64,000 nucleotides of DNA from Methanobacteriota archaeon (GTDB lineage Archaea; Thermoplasmatota; Thermoplasmata; RBG-16-68-12; JAJISG01). The translations under genes were made by a program, and so were the position numbers. Location: assembly GCA_030594205.1 (NCBI GenBank), contig JAUVFR010000001.1:156252-220251 (forward strand), read 5' to 3'. Positions 9,114-17,492 of this stretch are shown here, piece by piece. The first letter of the stretch is position 1. The number at the start of each line of letters is the position of its first letter. The notes below the pieces were generated by a model that saw only the letters and a program-made list of their open reading frames with translations, had not been told where the DNA came from and did no database searches.

Positions 9114-9710
9114 ATGGCGGAGACATTCCCCGGAGACGACCTGACCCGATGCGACTGGGGCTTCCAGGAACCCCTCATGCTGGCCTACCATGACGAGGAG
9201 TGGGGGGTTCCTCTCCACGACGACCAAGCTCTTTACGAGCTGCTGGTGCTCGAGGGAATGCAGGCAGGGCTGAGCTGGATGACGGTCCTCCGGAAGCGCG
9301 CAAACTTTCGGGAGGCCATGGATGGCTTCGACCCCTCGCTGGTGGCTCGCTACAGCGAAGGGAAGATGAAGCGGCTCCTGGGTGACGCCGGTATCATCCG
9401 GAATCGCATGAAACTCGAGGCGGCCATCAACAACGCTCAGAGGTTTCCGGAGGTCCAGGAGGAGTCCGGCTCCTTCGACGCCTACCTCTGGCGTTTCGTC
9501 GGAGGCCGCCCGAAGGTGAACCGGTTCGCCACTCTCGCGGAGCTTCCGCCGGAGACCGATGAGTCGCGGGCCATGAGCCAGGATCTCCGACAACGGGGCT
9601 TCAGGTTCGTGGGTCCGACCATCTGCTACGCCTATATGCAGGGTGCAGGCCTGGTCAACGACCACACGACGGATTGCTTCCGACATGCGGAGCTCATCGG
9701 TGCGCGATAA
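9114..9710 (+). CDS. tag: DNA-3-methyladenine glycosylase I
   Basis: 198 aa. CDWGFQEPLMLAYHDEEWGVPLHDDQALYELLVLEGMQAGLSWMTVLRKR...GPTICYAYMQGAGLVNDHTTDCFRH is the Tag signature including Zn-binding C/H residues. Confidence 0.85.
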   Translation: MAETFPGDDLTRCDWGFQEPLMLAYHDEEWGVPLHDDQALYELLVLEGMQAGLSWMTVLRKRANFREAMDGFDPSLVARYSEGKMKRLLGDAGIIRNRMKLEAAINNAQRFPEVQEESGSFDAYLWRFVGGRPKVNRFATLAELPPETDESRAMSQDLRQRGFRFVGPTICYAYMQGAGLVNDHTTDCFRHAELIGAR

Positions 9711-9754
9711 TCCGCGGGCCCCTCCTTTTTAGGGACTTCTTGTTTGGTCGTAAG

Positions 9755-10732
9755 GTGCAAATTCTCGTCATTGGGGGTACGGAGTTCATCGGCCGGCACA
9801 CGGTGGAAGAGCTCCTTCGCCGCGGCCACGATGTGACGGTCTTTCATCGAGGTCGCTCGCCTAACCCCTTTGGATTCCAAGTCAGGGAGCTTCTGGGGGA
9901 TCGTATGCGCCATCGAGACGTTCAGGTCGCGTTCTCGGGGGCGGTGTTCGATGCGATCGTTGACCTTGTGTACGTGTGGGGACCGGGCACGGGTCCCCCT
10001 GAGATCGCGTCTGTTCTCGATGCGGCGAAGAAGGGGTTAGAGCGGTACGTTTTCCTGAGCAGCTGCGGGGTGTATGACCCCCACGGGCCTCTTCCGGCCA
10101 CGGAGGACGGCCCCCGCACGCCTGCCCTCGGGAAATACAGTGCCGACAAGATCGCGACGGAGGATTTCCTGCTCGAGGCCCAGCAGGAGGGCCGGGTTGG
10201 CGTCTCCATCATACGGCCCCCCCACGTCTACGGACCCTACAACAACGTGCCTCGGGAGTCGTGGTTCTGGGATCGCATTATGGCAGGCCGGCCTGTCATC
10301 GTCCCGGATCAGGGCGAAACTCTCACACATCTCGCCGCCGTTTGGGACGTTGCGTGGGCCTTGTCAGAGGCCGTTGAGAATCCGGTCGCAGAAGGAGGGA
10401 TCTTCAATATCGCGGACGCGGAGCCGATCAGTCAGACGGCTCTCGTTGATCTCTTGGCGCGGGCTGCCAGCCGCGATGTTGAGAAGATTCTTGTGCCCCG
10501 CTCACGCATATACGATTATGGAGGCCGCGCCTCGGCCCCGCCGTTGTACTTCGCCCTCGCGTTGGACACCGACTTCGATCTAACCGTCGACATCTCGAAG
10601 GCCGTCCGTGTCCTCGGATTCCAGCCTACCGATCCGCTCGAGGGCTTCCGGCGGACGTTCGACTGGTACATGGAGGCGGACCGTACACGAAGGCCGAAAT
10701 TCTCCTTCGATCGGCTGCTCCTGGGTCGCTAA
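9755..10732 (+). CDS. NAD-dependent epimerase/dehydratase (extended SDR) family protein
   Basis: Rossmann motif VQILVIGGTEFIGRH. YxxxK context GKYSADK. Start placed at GTG 9755 (TTG 9740 also possible); the ORF-track start 9674 would overlap tag. Confidence 0.8.
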   Translation: MQILVIGGTEFIGRHTVEELLRRGHDVTVFHRGRSPNPFGFQVRELLGDRMRHRDVQVAFSGAVFDAIVDLVYVWGPGTGPPEIASVLDAAKKGLERYVFLSSCGVYDPHGPLPATEDGPRTPALGKYSADKIATEDFLLEAQQEGRVGVSIIRPPHVYGPYNNVPRESWFWDRIMAGRPVIVPDQGETLTHLAAVWDVAWALSEAVENPVAEGGIFNIADAEPISQTALVDLLARAASRDVEKILVPRSRIYDYGGRASAPPLYFALALDTDFDLTVDISKAVRVLGFQPTDPLEGFRRTFDWYMEADRTRRPKFSFDRLLLGR

Positions 10733-11217
10733 GGGGTCACGTCTTTTTCCCGGGTCGTGACGACCTCTTCGGCAAAGATCGCTAGTCGGCCCAACATCCG
10801 TTCTTGCCGCCCGGGAAAGACGTCGGAAAGAGCCCGGGGTTCTCGGTCCTCGAAGACCCGGTCGGCATGGTGCCGCATTCCATATTGGATGAGAGCCGTC
10901 AAGATGGGAACCGCGTCCCGCCCCTGGGCGGTAATCCGGTATCGGATGTCCCGAGGTTTCTCCGGTCCGACCACCCGTTCAATCAGCCCCTCCGTCCGGA
11001 GGTCCCGCAGGCGCATCGAGAGGACCCGTGGGGTCAACCCGGGGTTGTTGCGGAGAAGTCGGGTGAAGGACATGTCCCCAAAGAAGGCGACATCTCGAAG
11101 AACGAGGCAGGCCCATTTCTTGCCCAGGACACCGAGACTGGCTCGGATAGGGCACGCCTCGAAGGGGATCTCCGGCAGAATCGGGTCCTCCAGGGCGATA
11201 GGTACTGGCCATGCCAT
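10729..11217 (-). CDS. HxlR-family winged-helix transcriptional regulator
   Basis: CPIRASLGVLGKKWACLVLRDVAFFGDMSFTRLLRN..GLTPRVLSMRLRDLRTEGLIER is the HxlR signature. It is divergent from the VOC gene at 11308, with an AT-rich TATA-containing intergenic region (11218-11307). Confidence 0.8.
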   Translation of the reverse strand: MAWPVPIALEDPILPEIPFEACPIRASLGVLGKKWACLVLRDVAFFGDMSFTRLLRNNPGLTPRVLSMRLRDLRTEGLIERVVGPEKPRDIRYRITAQGRDAVPILTALIQYGMRHHADRVFEDREPRALSDVFPGRQERMLGRLAIFAEEVVTTREKDVTP

Positions 11218-11307
11218 AGGATCACGCTATGCTTTCGTTCCCGACTGTTGTTATATACTATACTTTGTATATCATGTTTGCGGGCGGACCCGCCAAGGAG
11301 ACAATCT

Positions 11308-11709
11308 ATGAAAGAACCTGAGGCGAAGGGGAGGGATGTGGCGACGCGAGTCTGGGTCTCGTCGGTTTCCGTTTCGGATTTCGATCGTGCTCTGGCGTTC
11401 TACCGGGACGCTCTGGGCTTTCCGGTCCAGCTGGAGGCTAGGAACTTTGGCTGGATGGAGGTCGGGCCCGACGAACCCCTATGCAAGATCGGCCTCTCGT
11501 TGAGCGAGGACCCGAAGGAGGGCGTCACGCGGACAGGAATTGTCCTGGAGGTCGAGGATATGGATGCGTTCGCAGAGAGACTCCGCGCCCACAACGTGAA
11601 GTTCACGCAAGAGCCGGCCAAACAGCCGTGGGGTGGCGTGGTCGCGGACTTCCTCGATCCCGATGGAAACGAGATCGAAGCGGTCTATCATCCGGACCAT
11701 TATGAGTAG
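11308..11709 (+). CDS. VOC/glyoxalase-family protein
   Basis: 133 aa from ATG 11308. VWVSSVSVSDFDRALAFYRDALGFPV...GIVLEVEDMDAFAERLRAHNVKF...DPDGNEIEAV. The upstream part of the 301-aa track ORF is antisense to the HxlR gene and was rejected. Confidence 0.8.
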   Translation: MKEPEAKGRDVATRVWVSSVSVSDFDRALAFYRDALGFPVQLEARNFGWMEVGPDEPLCKIGLSLSEDPKEGVTRTGIVLEVEDMDAFAERLRAHNVKFTQEPAKQPWGGVVADFLDPDGNEIEAVYHPDHYE

Positions 11710-11775
11710 GAAGGGCGTCTTTCGTTCCGGGACCCGAAACAGCCTCCGCAAGTTCAGACAGAGTCCCAGAGGAGT

Positions 11776-12171
11776 CTAAGAGTCCACCAGGCTCGCGATC
11801 CGCTTCGGCGCCCCCCCGGCTCTCAGCTTAGCCACCGCCGCCTCTAGGATGGATATGAGCCTCTCTCGTTCGGATGGCCCTCGGCCCTCCATAGTCTGTC
11901 GCACCTGGCGAATCGAGGCAGGATCGGGGTCGACCGATTTCCGCGTGGTCCCGCCTCGGAGGAGCAGGAAGGCCACGAGGGCCAGGGCCACGCCGGCCGC
12001 GAGGAAGAAAAGGCTGAGTGCCGCCAGGCCTACCTGCAGCAGGAGAGCGAAGATGGCGTCCATGACCGCCCTTGGCGGTGCGAAGGCCAGGATTCGAACC
12101 TGGGGGAACCCCTTCGGGACTAGGCCCTGAATCCAGCGCCGTTGACAGAACTGGCACCCAAGATTCAGCAC
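11776..12171 (-). CDS. Small membrane protein or gene fragment whose middle part is paralogous to residues ~40-95 of the 8-TM protein at 13696..14703; possible pseudogene
   Basis: 131-aa ORF. Its segment FAPPRAVMDAIFALLLQVGLAALSLFFLAAGVALALVAFLLLRGGTTRKSV matches FAPPGAVIDALFDLLLTVGLAALNFAFLAAGVSLALMAFLLLRGGITRKSV of the 335-aa protein. The ORF reads through the tRNA-Leu-like fragment. Confidence 0.3.
   Translation of the reverse strand: MLNLGCQFCQRRWIQGLVPKGFPQVRILAFAPPRAVMDAIFALLLQVGLAALSLFFLAAGVALALVAFLLLRGGTTRKSVDPDPASIRQVRQTMEGRGPSERERLISILEAAVAKLRAGGAPKRIASLVDS
11930..12082. repeat. About 150-bp segment duplicated (about 80% identity) at 14406..14558, abutting a truncated tRNA-Leu-like fragment
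   Basis: Direct nucleotide comparison: gaccgatttccgcgtgGtcccgcctcggaggagcaggaaggcca... in both copies. The two copies diverge exactly where the tRNA-like sequence begins (about 12082). Confidence 0.6.
12079..12155 (-). tRNA. Truncated tRNA-Leu-like element: D-arm through 3' acceptor strand, with no matching 5' acceptor strand (pseudo-tRNA / att-site remnant)
   Basis: Minus-strand sequence GCCAGTTCTGTCAACGGCGCTGGATTCAGGGCCTAGTCCCGAAGGGGTTCCCCCAGGTTCGAATCCTGGCCTTCGCACC is about 88% identical to the 3' 60 nt of the intact tRNA-Leu(CAG) at 21434..21518, including the long variable arm and T-arm. No GCGAAGG 5' strand is present upstream and the anticodon stem has one mismatch. Confidence 0.5.
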
Positions 12172-12349
12172 ACAGAGCTTACAGATGACGGCAAGGCAAC
12201 ATTTGCACTGTTAGGTGGGCCTTCCGGGACTTTCGATGACCACGACTTGTCGCGTTATGGTTGGAGTCATGGGCCCCTCTTCCCTCGAGGAGGAAGTGTC
12301 AAAAGTCCTGGACGTCATCCAGGCGCAAAGGGGCTATGGGGCTGACAGA

Positions 12350-13174
12350 ATGAGGGGAGTGACGGGCATCGGAGGCGTCTTCTTCAAGTCGACGGATCCC
12401 GAGGAACTGGTGGCCTGGTACCAGGAGCACCTCGGGATCCAACTTCGGGAGGACGGGTCCGTCGACTTCGAATGGCGGGAGCGCAACGCGCCCCACGAGG
12501 TGGGCTACACTGTGTGGGCTCCTTTCCGGGAGGACACCACGTACTTCGATCCGAGCGAGAAGTCTTTCATGATCAACTTCCGCGTGGCCGATCTCGACTC
12601 CCTCCTGAGACAGCTCCAGGAGGAGGGCGTCGTGGTGGACGACCGGGTCGAGGATACCCCCCATGGTCGGTTCGGCTGGATCATGGACCCCGAGGGGAAC
12701 CGCGTGGAGCTGTGGGAGCCTGTCCCCAGGCCAGACAGCGCATCCCCGGCCTCCCTCCCCGGCGTCGTCGTCCCTGGTCGCGGGCTGGGGGCCGAGGTCA
12801 TGGCCGACCCGGAGCTACGGTCACGGCTGCGTCGCCTCTTCGGGTTCGACCCGGTCCCCGGGACCCTCAACGTGCTGCTCCTCGACCCCCTGCCGGAACC
12901 CCTTACTTCCTATGTGGGCTGGACGGATCTAGGCTTCGCGGAGGACGACCCTCAGGTCCCCGGTCGGCGCGGGCTCCGCTATGGCTCCGTTCTCATCGAG
13001 GGGAAGTATCAGGGAATCGCCTTCCAGGGTGATGAGCCCCGTTACCCTTCGAACCATATCGAGTTGATCAGCGACCGCCATCTGCGGGATACGCTGGGAC
13101 TCCGCAATCTCGACCGTATATGCTTCGAAATCTTGCCGACATCTGTAGATTCGGCCACCGAGCCCGACGACTGA
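12350..13174 (+). CDS. Fusion protein: N-terminal VOC/glyoxalase-like domain plus C-terminal archaeal CTP-dependent riboflavin kinase (RibK, DUF120/MJ0056-type) domain (ORF also open from 12215)
   Basis: N-domain [29 protein letters not shown]...[17 protein letters not shown] is paralogous to 8718..9104. C-domain [18 protein letters not shown]...[11 protein letters not shown]...[31 protein letters not shown] matches the MJ0056 RibK motifs ([23 protein letters not shown]). Confidence 0.7.
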   Translation: [274 protein letters not shown]

Positions 13175-13695
13175 GACAGTCGTCGTCTCGGGCGTGCTGC
13201 CGGAGCGCGCCGAGCATGATTCCTCTCCGCTCCGGAAATACGTCACCGAGCTCCCACTCACGGCCGACTTCCAAGGCCTGCCACTGAAGCAGCCCATTGC
13301 CTAGGTCCTTCTGTTCGAGGCAGTTCACAACCGCTCCGTGCTCCCTCGTGATCTGGGTGGCCCAACTGCAAGGGAGATTGACCCGAACGGTGGCTTCGAT
13401 CACCGCGCTGCCAATGTTCCGCCTGTTGTTTCCACCTAGCGAGGGCCCAGGTCAGAAAGTTTCCGAGCCGAGGACGTGGACAGCGGGTTATCATGCTCAT
13501 GACCCTATTGATCACTCGGGCGATTCGTTCGCAGAACTCTCGCTCGACATTTCATAGTCGTCGCTCCCCACCTGGGTCCATCAGTCCAGCTTTCGGACGC
13601 ATCGATCGCCCGGACAAATGGGGTCTGGTCGGGACGGCTCAGACCGCCCCTGACACATCAGGAGATGCCGTTCGACAGTCTGCCTGACTTCATCG

Positions 13696-14703
13696 TCACG
13701 TTTCCATACGGGGTCCGGCATTCTCCAATCCTGAGGGCTTCGGCAAGGTCCGGCTTTCCGCTTTCACCGGCGACCTCAGCCCGAAGGTCGAGGCCGGGAG
13801 GATGAAGAGGATGAGGCCCAAGAGGGAGAGCTGAGCGAGGTAAGTGTTCTGGAACATCCTCCCCGCGATACCGATCAGGAGGAATCCGACACCCATCCAC
13901 CGTTGCGGCTTGTCATGAAGGAGGTCCGCCAGATCGTACGCGTAGACGCCCAGGGCCAGGGCGTAGATGGGCGCGGGCAGGAAGAGGGTAAAATATACGG
14001 TCCAGACCGCAGCCAGGGAGGCGAAGGCCGACTGGGAGGCCAGCACGAAGGCGATCGCAGGCAGGGCGGCAAGGGGGACGAACCACGGTCTCCACCGGCG
14101 TCCGGGAAGGAGCAGGAAGGGCGCGGTGACCGCGAGGATTTCCCCCACGCTGAAGATCTCAGTGGCATAGGGCAGAGGAACCCCCATGGCGAACACGCTC
14201 AGGCTGGCCTGGAAATAGTAGGTGGTGCCGAGGGCGGCCGCGATGGCACAAGTGGCGAGGAAGTCCCAGGAGCGCTTCCGGGGAAAGAGGAGTAGAAGGG
14301 GGACGACGACGGCCATGGAAAGGCCATGATAGAGCAAGGGCACGCTGGGATGGAGGAGGAGGGGGAGCAGGAGTCCGAGCGCGAGGAGGAACCAGATGAG
14401 GAGGGCGACCGATTTCCGCGTGATCCCGCCTCGGAGGAGCAGGAAGGCCATGAGTGCTAGGGAGACGCCGGCGGCGAGGAAGGCGAAGTTGAGCGCCGCC
14501 AGGCCTACCGTCAGCAGGAGATCGAAGAGTGCGTCGATGACCGCTCCGGGAGGCGCGAAGGCACCCCCACGCAGGAGGAGGCGAAGCAGGACGAATTCGA
14601 CGATGGAAGCGGCGGCGACGGAGATCAGGAGAATGCGCAGCCAGGGGACGACTGCTTCTCTAGCCTGCGACGCCCCCATGTTGCGTCTCCGTCCGGTTCG
14701 CAC
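13696..14703 (-). CDS. Polytopic (~8 TM) membrane protein of unknown function, last gene of the molybdoenzyme operon
   Basis: 335 aa, highly hydrophobic. Its start overlaps the TorD-like gene end by 44 nt, which suggests co-transcription. Three His residues lie in predicted membrane segments. Confidence 0.6.
   Translation of the reverse strand: MRTGRRRNMGASQAREAVVPWLRILLISVAAASIVEFVLLRLLLRGGAFAPPGAVIDALFDLLLTVGLAALNFAFLAAGVSLALMAFLLLRGGITRKSVALLIWFLLALGLLLPLLLHPSVPLLYHGLSMAVVVPLLLLFPRKRSWDFLATCAIAAALGTTYYFQASLSVFAMGVPLPYATEIFSVGEILAVTAPFLLLPGRRWRPWFVPLAALPAIAFVLASQSAFASLAAVWTVYFTLFLPAPIYALALGVYAYDLADLLHDKPQRWMGVGFLLIGIAGRMFQNTYLAQLSLLGLILFILPASTFGLRSPVKAESRTLPKPSGLENAGPRMET
14406..14558. repeat. 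Second copy of the ~150-bp duplicated segment (inside the 8-TM protein gene)
   Basis: See 11930..12082. Confidence 0.6.
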
Positions 14704-15337
14704 CGGGAGGTACGCCCAGCCGGACCTTCTCGGCCTCGACGAGCTCCACGAGGACGTCTGCCAAGAGGGGATACAGGCTCACTCGAGCCTCCTTCTGGAT
14801 GGCATCTCGAAAGCGTCCTACCCAACGGCCTAGGTGGTCAGTCATGAACTTTCGTAGGGCATCGCGAACGACCGCGGCCGCCTCCTCCTCCCCCGCGAGC
14901 GTCGCCCGGGCCTCCTGGAGGCACAAGACCCCCATGAACTCGAGCTCCGAAACGAGGTGATCTGGCAGCTCCCCGCGGGGGATGAGGCCGAAGGCCCTGT
15001 AGAAGCCCGCCACGTCCGCCATGAGGACGTCCTTAAGGGGATCCGTTTCGTCGCGATACGAGCTCTCGTAAGGAGGGCACCGTCCCTTTTCGAAGAGACG
15101 GAGTCTCTCGGCCATGAGCGGCTCCAAGTCTTGGAGTTCTCGCTCCTCCACTTCTGAGAGCGAGGAGAGGGAGACCGTTCCCTCGGGCCCATTAGCTTCC
15201 AGACGGCGAAGTTCGCGGAGGGCTCGACCTTCGACCAGATTGTCCTTTACAGGACCGAAGGCCCTGGCGAGGGCGCCGTAGATGGCACCCATTTGAAGGG
15301 CAAACTCGGCCTTTTGCATGGCTTCGTGCTCAGTCAC
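14660..15337 (-). CDS. TorD/DmsD/NarJ-family molybdoenzyme maturation chaperone
   Basis: 225 aa, all-helical, acidic. It sits immediately downstream of the alpha/beta/gamma genes with an 8-nt overlap, which is the NarJ position in nar operons. Confidence 0.7.
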   Translation of the reverse strand: MTEHEAMQKAEFALQMGAIYGALARAFGPVKDNLVEGRALRELRRLEANGPEGTVSLSSLSEVEERELQDLEPLMAERLRLFEKGRCPPYESSYRDETDPLKDVLMADVAGFYRAFGLIPRGELPDHLVSELEFMGVLCLQEARATLAGEEEAAAVVRDALRKFMTDHLGRWVGRFRDAIQKEARVSLYPLLADVLVELVEAEKVRLGVPPGANRTETQHGGVAG

Positions 15338-16331
15338 GTTTCCGCCTCTGCCAGGTGGACCGAATCAAGAGATAGGCCGCCATCGCAGCTAGGATAATCA
15401 GGACCACTGGCACCAATATATCCAGGGCTGCGAAGGGGGGCGGCCCCGGGATATCTAGGGTGATCCAACTGGACACGGATTTACGAGCCCCCACGTCTCC
15501 CGAGGAACCATCCCAGACCGCGAGAGCGAAGTTGTACCGTCCACCCAGACCGAGGGACTGGTCCTGGGGATCGCCGGTGTTCAGCTGGCGGGCGATCGTT
15601 ACGCTCCACCGGCCGTTCGCCCAAACCCCACGGCCCAGGGCATCCTGGCGCTCCTGCGTGGTGATACTTCCGAAACCCTCGGCCACCGCGTCCTCCACGG
15701 CGGTAATCTTCAGAGGCTCGGAAAAGGGGTTGCCTACCGCCCACCCCACGAGGAGGTCCCGAGCCCCCTCGGGAAAGGCCTCGGGCAGTCGATAGGGGGG
15801 GTCCCCCACCGCGAAGGGGTAGAGGTCCACCCAGAAATTGGGGAAGGTATCCTGGAGGTCGTGGAAGCCTTCCTCGATGTCCGCCTGCCAATCGGCCTTC
15901 CACTGAACGATGTGGACCCGCTGACCGCGGGAGCCCATGCATATGCCCGGGAGATCGGAAGAGGCGAGGAGGAGGGCCGTCGCGTCCCGAAACTCAGAGA
16001 GGCCCGTGGTCCGGTTGTCCTGCGTCGCGTCGGGCCACGAGACCCTGAAGACGATATGGGTCCCGTTGTGGAGGGTGCGGACCTGGACGCTGTTGGCGAA
16101 GGGCTGAGGACGATTGGGCAGCGCCAACGTCTGTCCCGAGAGGGGAACCGTCACCTCATTCGCCTCCTCCCACGAAAGGCTGGCGGGGTCCGTGACCGGC
16201 AACTCTCCCTCCACCTCGACGCTCCGCAGAAAAAGGGCCTCCTGCCCCAAGGAGATGCCCGCCTGGACAAAGCCGATGGAGAGGACGGCCAGGGCCACCA
16301 GGACGAGCCACCGGAGCTTGAAGGCCTTCAT
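15330..16331 (-). CDS. Candidate gamma subunit: Sec-signal protein with EB_dh-like (type II DMSO-reductase heme-b subunit-like) body and a single C-terminal transmembrane anchor
   Basis: 333 aa. N-terminal signal peptide MKAFKLRWLVLVALAVLSIGFVQAG. C-terminal TM ILVPVVLIILAAMAAYLLIRSTWQRRKRD. 10-nt gap from the beta gene. The family assignment is inference from position and topology, not a clear motif match. Confidence 0.5.
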   Translation of the reverse strand: MKAFKLRWLVLVALAVLSIGFVQAGISLGQEALFLRSVEVEGELPVTDPASLSWEEANEVTVPLSGQTLALPNRPQPFANSVQVRTLHNGTHIVFRVSWPDATQDNRTTGLSEFRDATALLLASSDLPGICMGSRGQRVHIVQWKADWQADIEEGFHDLQDTFPNFWVDLYPFAVGDPPYRLPEAFPEGARDLLVGWAVGNPFSEPLKITAVEDAVAEGFGSITTQERQDALGRGVWANGRWSVTIARQLNTGDPQDQSLGLGGRYNFALAVWDGSSGDVGARKSVSSWITLDIPGPPPFAALDILVPVVLIILAAMAAYLLIRSTWQRRKRD

Positions 16332-16340
16332 GGAACCACC

Positions 16341-17489
16341 TCACGTGATGTTGTGGCGATAGACCCCTACGGTGTCGTCCCGGTAGGGGCGGACGATCTC
16401 CTTCTCCACCAGCATCACCCGAACGGCCTCCTGTCCGTTGACGTCGAACCCGACGGCTTCGTCCCCCTCGAGCCGGAATTTGGTGAGGATCTTGTTCGTA
16501 CTCGTGTTTAGGAGGAGAATCGCCCGGAGTTCGGGTTCCTGGCCGGTTCGTATCCGCTTGTAGGTCTCCACCGCTTCGTCGGCACCGGGGCCGAACATCT
16601 GGCGGTTGAACTCCGGAGGGACGTGGATGGGGGGCACGTAGTAGATGTTCGGCTCCAGGCCCAACTGTGGGTACAGGGGGAGGGCCAGTTTCTTCACGTA
16701 CACTAGGTAGTCGATCGGATTCTCGGGGTCCGCCTCACCGGGCGGGCTGATGTAGCCCACCATGCGAATCTTTCCGATGCAGTTGCGCATACACCGGGGC
16801 CATATGCCCTTCTCCACCGCCGGATAGCAGAAGATGCACTTTTCGGAAATCCGGGTCACGTGGTTGTAGAGCACCCGCTTGTAGGGGCAAGCCCGGACGC
16901 ACTCCCGGTACCCGCGACAACGCTCCTGATCGATCAGGACGATGCCGTCCTCCTTCCGTTTGTAGATGGCCTTCCGGGGGCATGAGGCTAGGCAGGCGGG
17001 ATAGGTGCAGTGCATGCAGATGCGGGCCAGGTAGAAGTTCCAGATTGCGTGGAGGTCCTGCAGGTGGAACTTGGAGGGGTCGATGGGCTCGCTGGTTTCG
17101 TCCTCTCCCCGGTTGGGGTTGGCATAATCCTCGTTCTCCGGCAAGTAGCCGAGGACGCGCTCCCCCTCCGGTGCAGCCTCAAAGACGGTCTTCCCCTCGT
17201 AGACCGCAGAAGGACCGCTGGTGTCCCATCGCTGAGGCCCCAACATGTCCAGGATCTTGACGTCCCAGCCCAGGGGGTACGATCCCCAGGGCTTCGTCTC
17301 GACGCTGTTCCAGAACATGTATTCCTGGCCTTTCCCCGAGGTCCAGATCGCCTTGCAGGACATCGTGCAGGTCTGACAGGCGATACACTTGTTGATGTCG
17401 AAGACCGAGCTCACCTGCCGATCCGGGCGAGACTCGTCGTAGATGTAGTCCATCTCCCGGCCGAGCTGCCAGTTTCGCACCGTTGGCAT
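16341..17489 (-). CDS. NarH-like iron-sulfur (4-cluster) beta subunit of a NarGH-type molybdoenzyme
   Basis: 382 aa with four Cys clusters: CIACQTCTMSCK, CMHCTYPACLASCP, CRGYRECVRACP and CIFCYPAVEKGIWPRCMRNC. WTSGKGQEYMFWNSVETKP closely matches E. coli NarH WTSREGVEYAWFNNVETKP. The central ICMHCTYPACLASCPRKAIYKRKEDGIVLIDQERCRGYRECVRACPYK is also NarH-like. Confidence 0.9.
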   Translation of the reverse strand: MPTVRNWQLGREMDYIYDESRPDRQVSSVFDINKCIACQTCTMSCKAIWTSGKGQEYMFWNSVETKPWGSYPLGWDVKILDMLGPQRWDTSGPSAVYEGKTVFEAAPEGERVLGYLPENEDYANPNRGEDETSEPIDPSKFHLQDLHAIWNFYLARICMHCTYPACLASCPRKAIYKRKEDGIVLIDQERCRGYRECVRACPYKRVLYNHVTRISEKCIFCYPAVEKGIWPRCMRNCIGKIRMVGYISPPGEADPENPIDYLVYVKKLALPLYPQLGLEPNIYYVPPIHVPPEFNRQMFGPGADEAVETYKRIRTGQEPELRAILLLNTSTNKILTKFRLEGDEAVGFDVNGQEAVRVMLVEKEIVRPYRDDTVGVYRHNIT

Positions 17490-17492
17490 TGC

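Noticed and set aside
10804-11307. N-terminal 168 codons of the 301-aa plus-strand ORF
   Set aside because: Antisense to the HxlR-family gene. The conserved VOC domain begins at the ATG at 11308, preceded by an AT-rich promoter region. Only 11308..11709 was called.
13068-13695. Small ORFs (13068..13403 minus, 13258..13515 minus, 13297..13557 plus) between the RibK-fusion gene and the 8-TM gene
   Set aside because: Mutually overlapping, no motifs, and one overlaps the RibK 3' end. The region is treated as non-coding or decayed sequence rather than genes.
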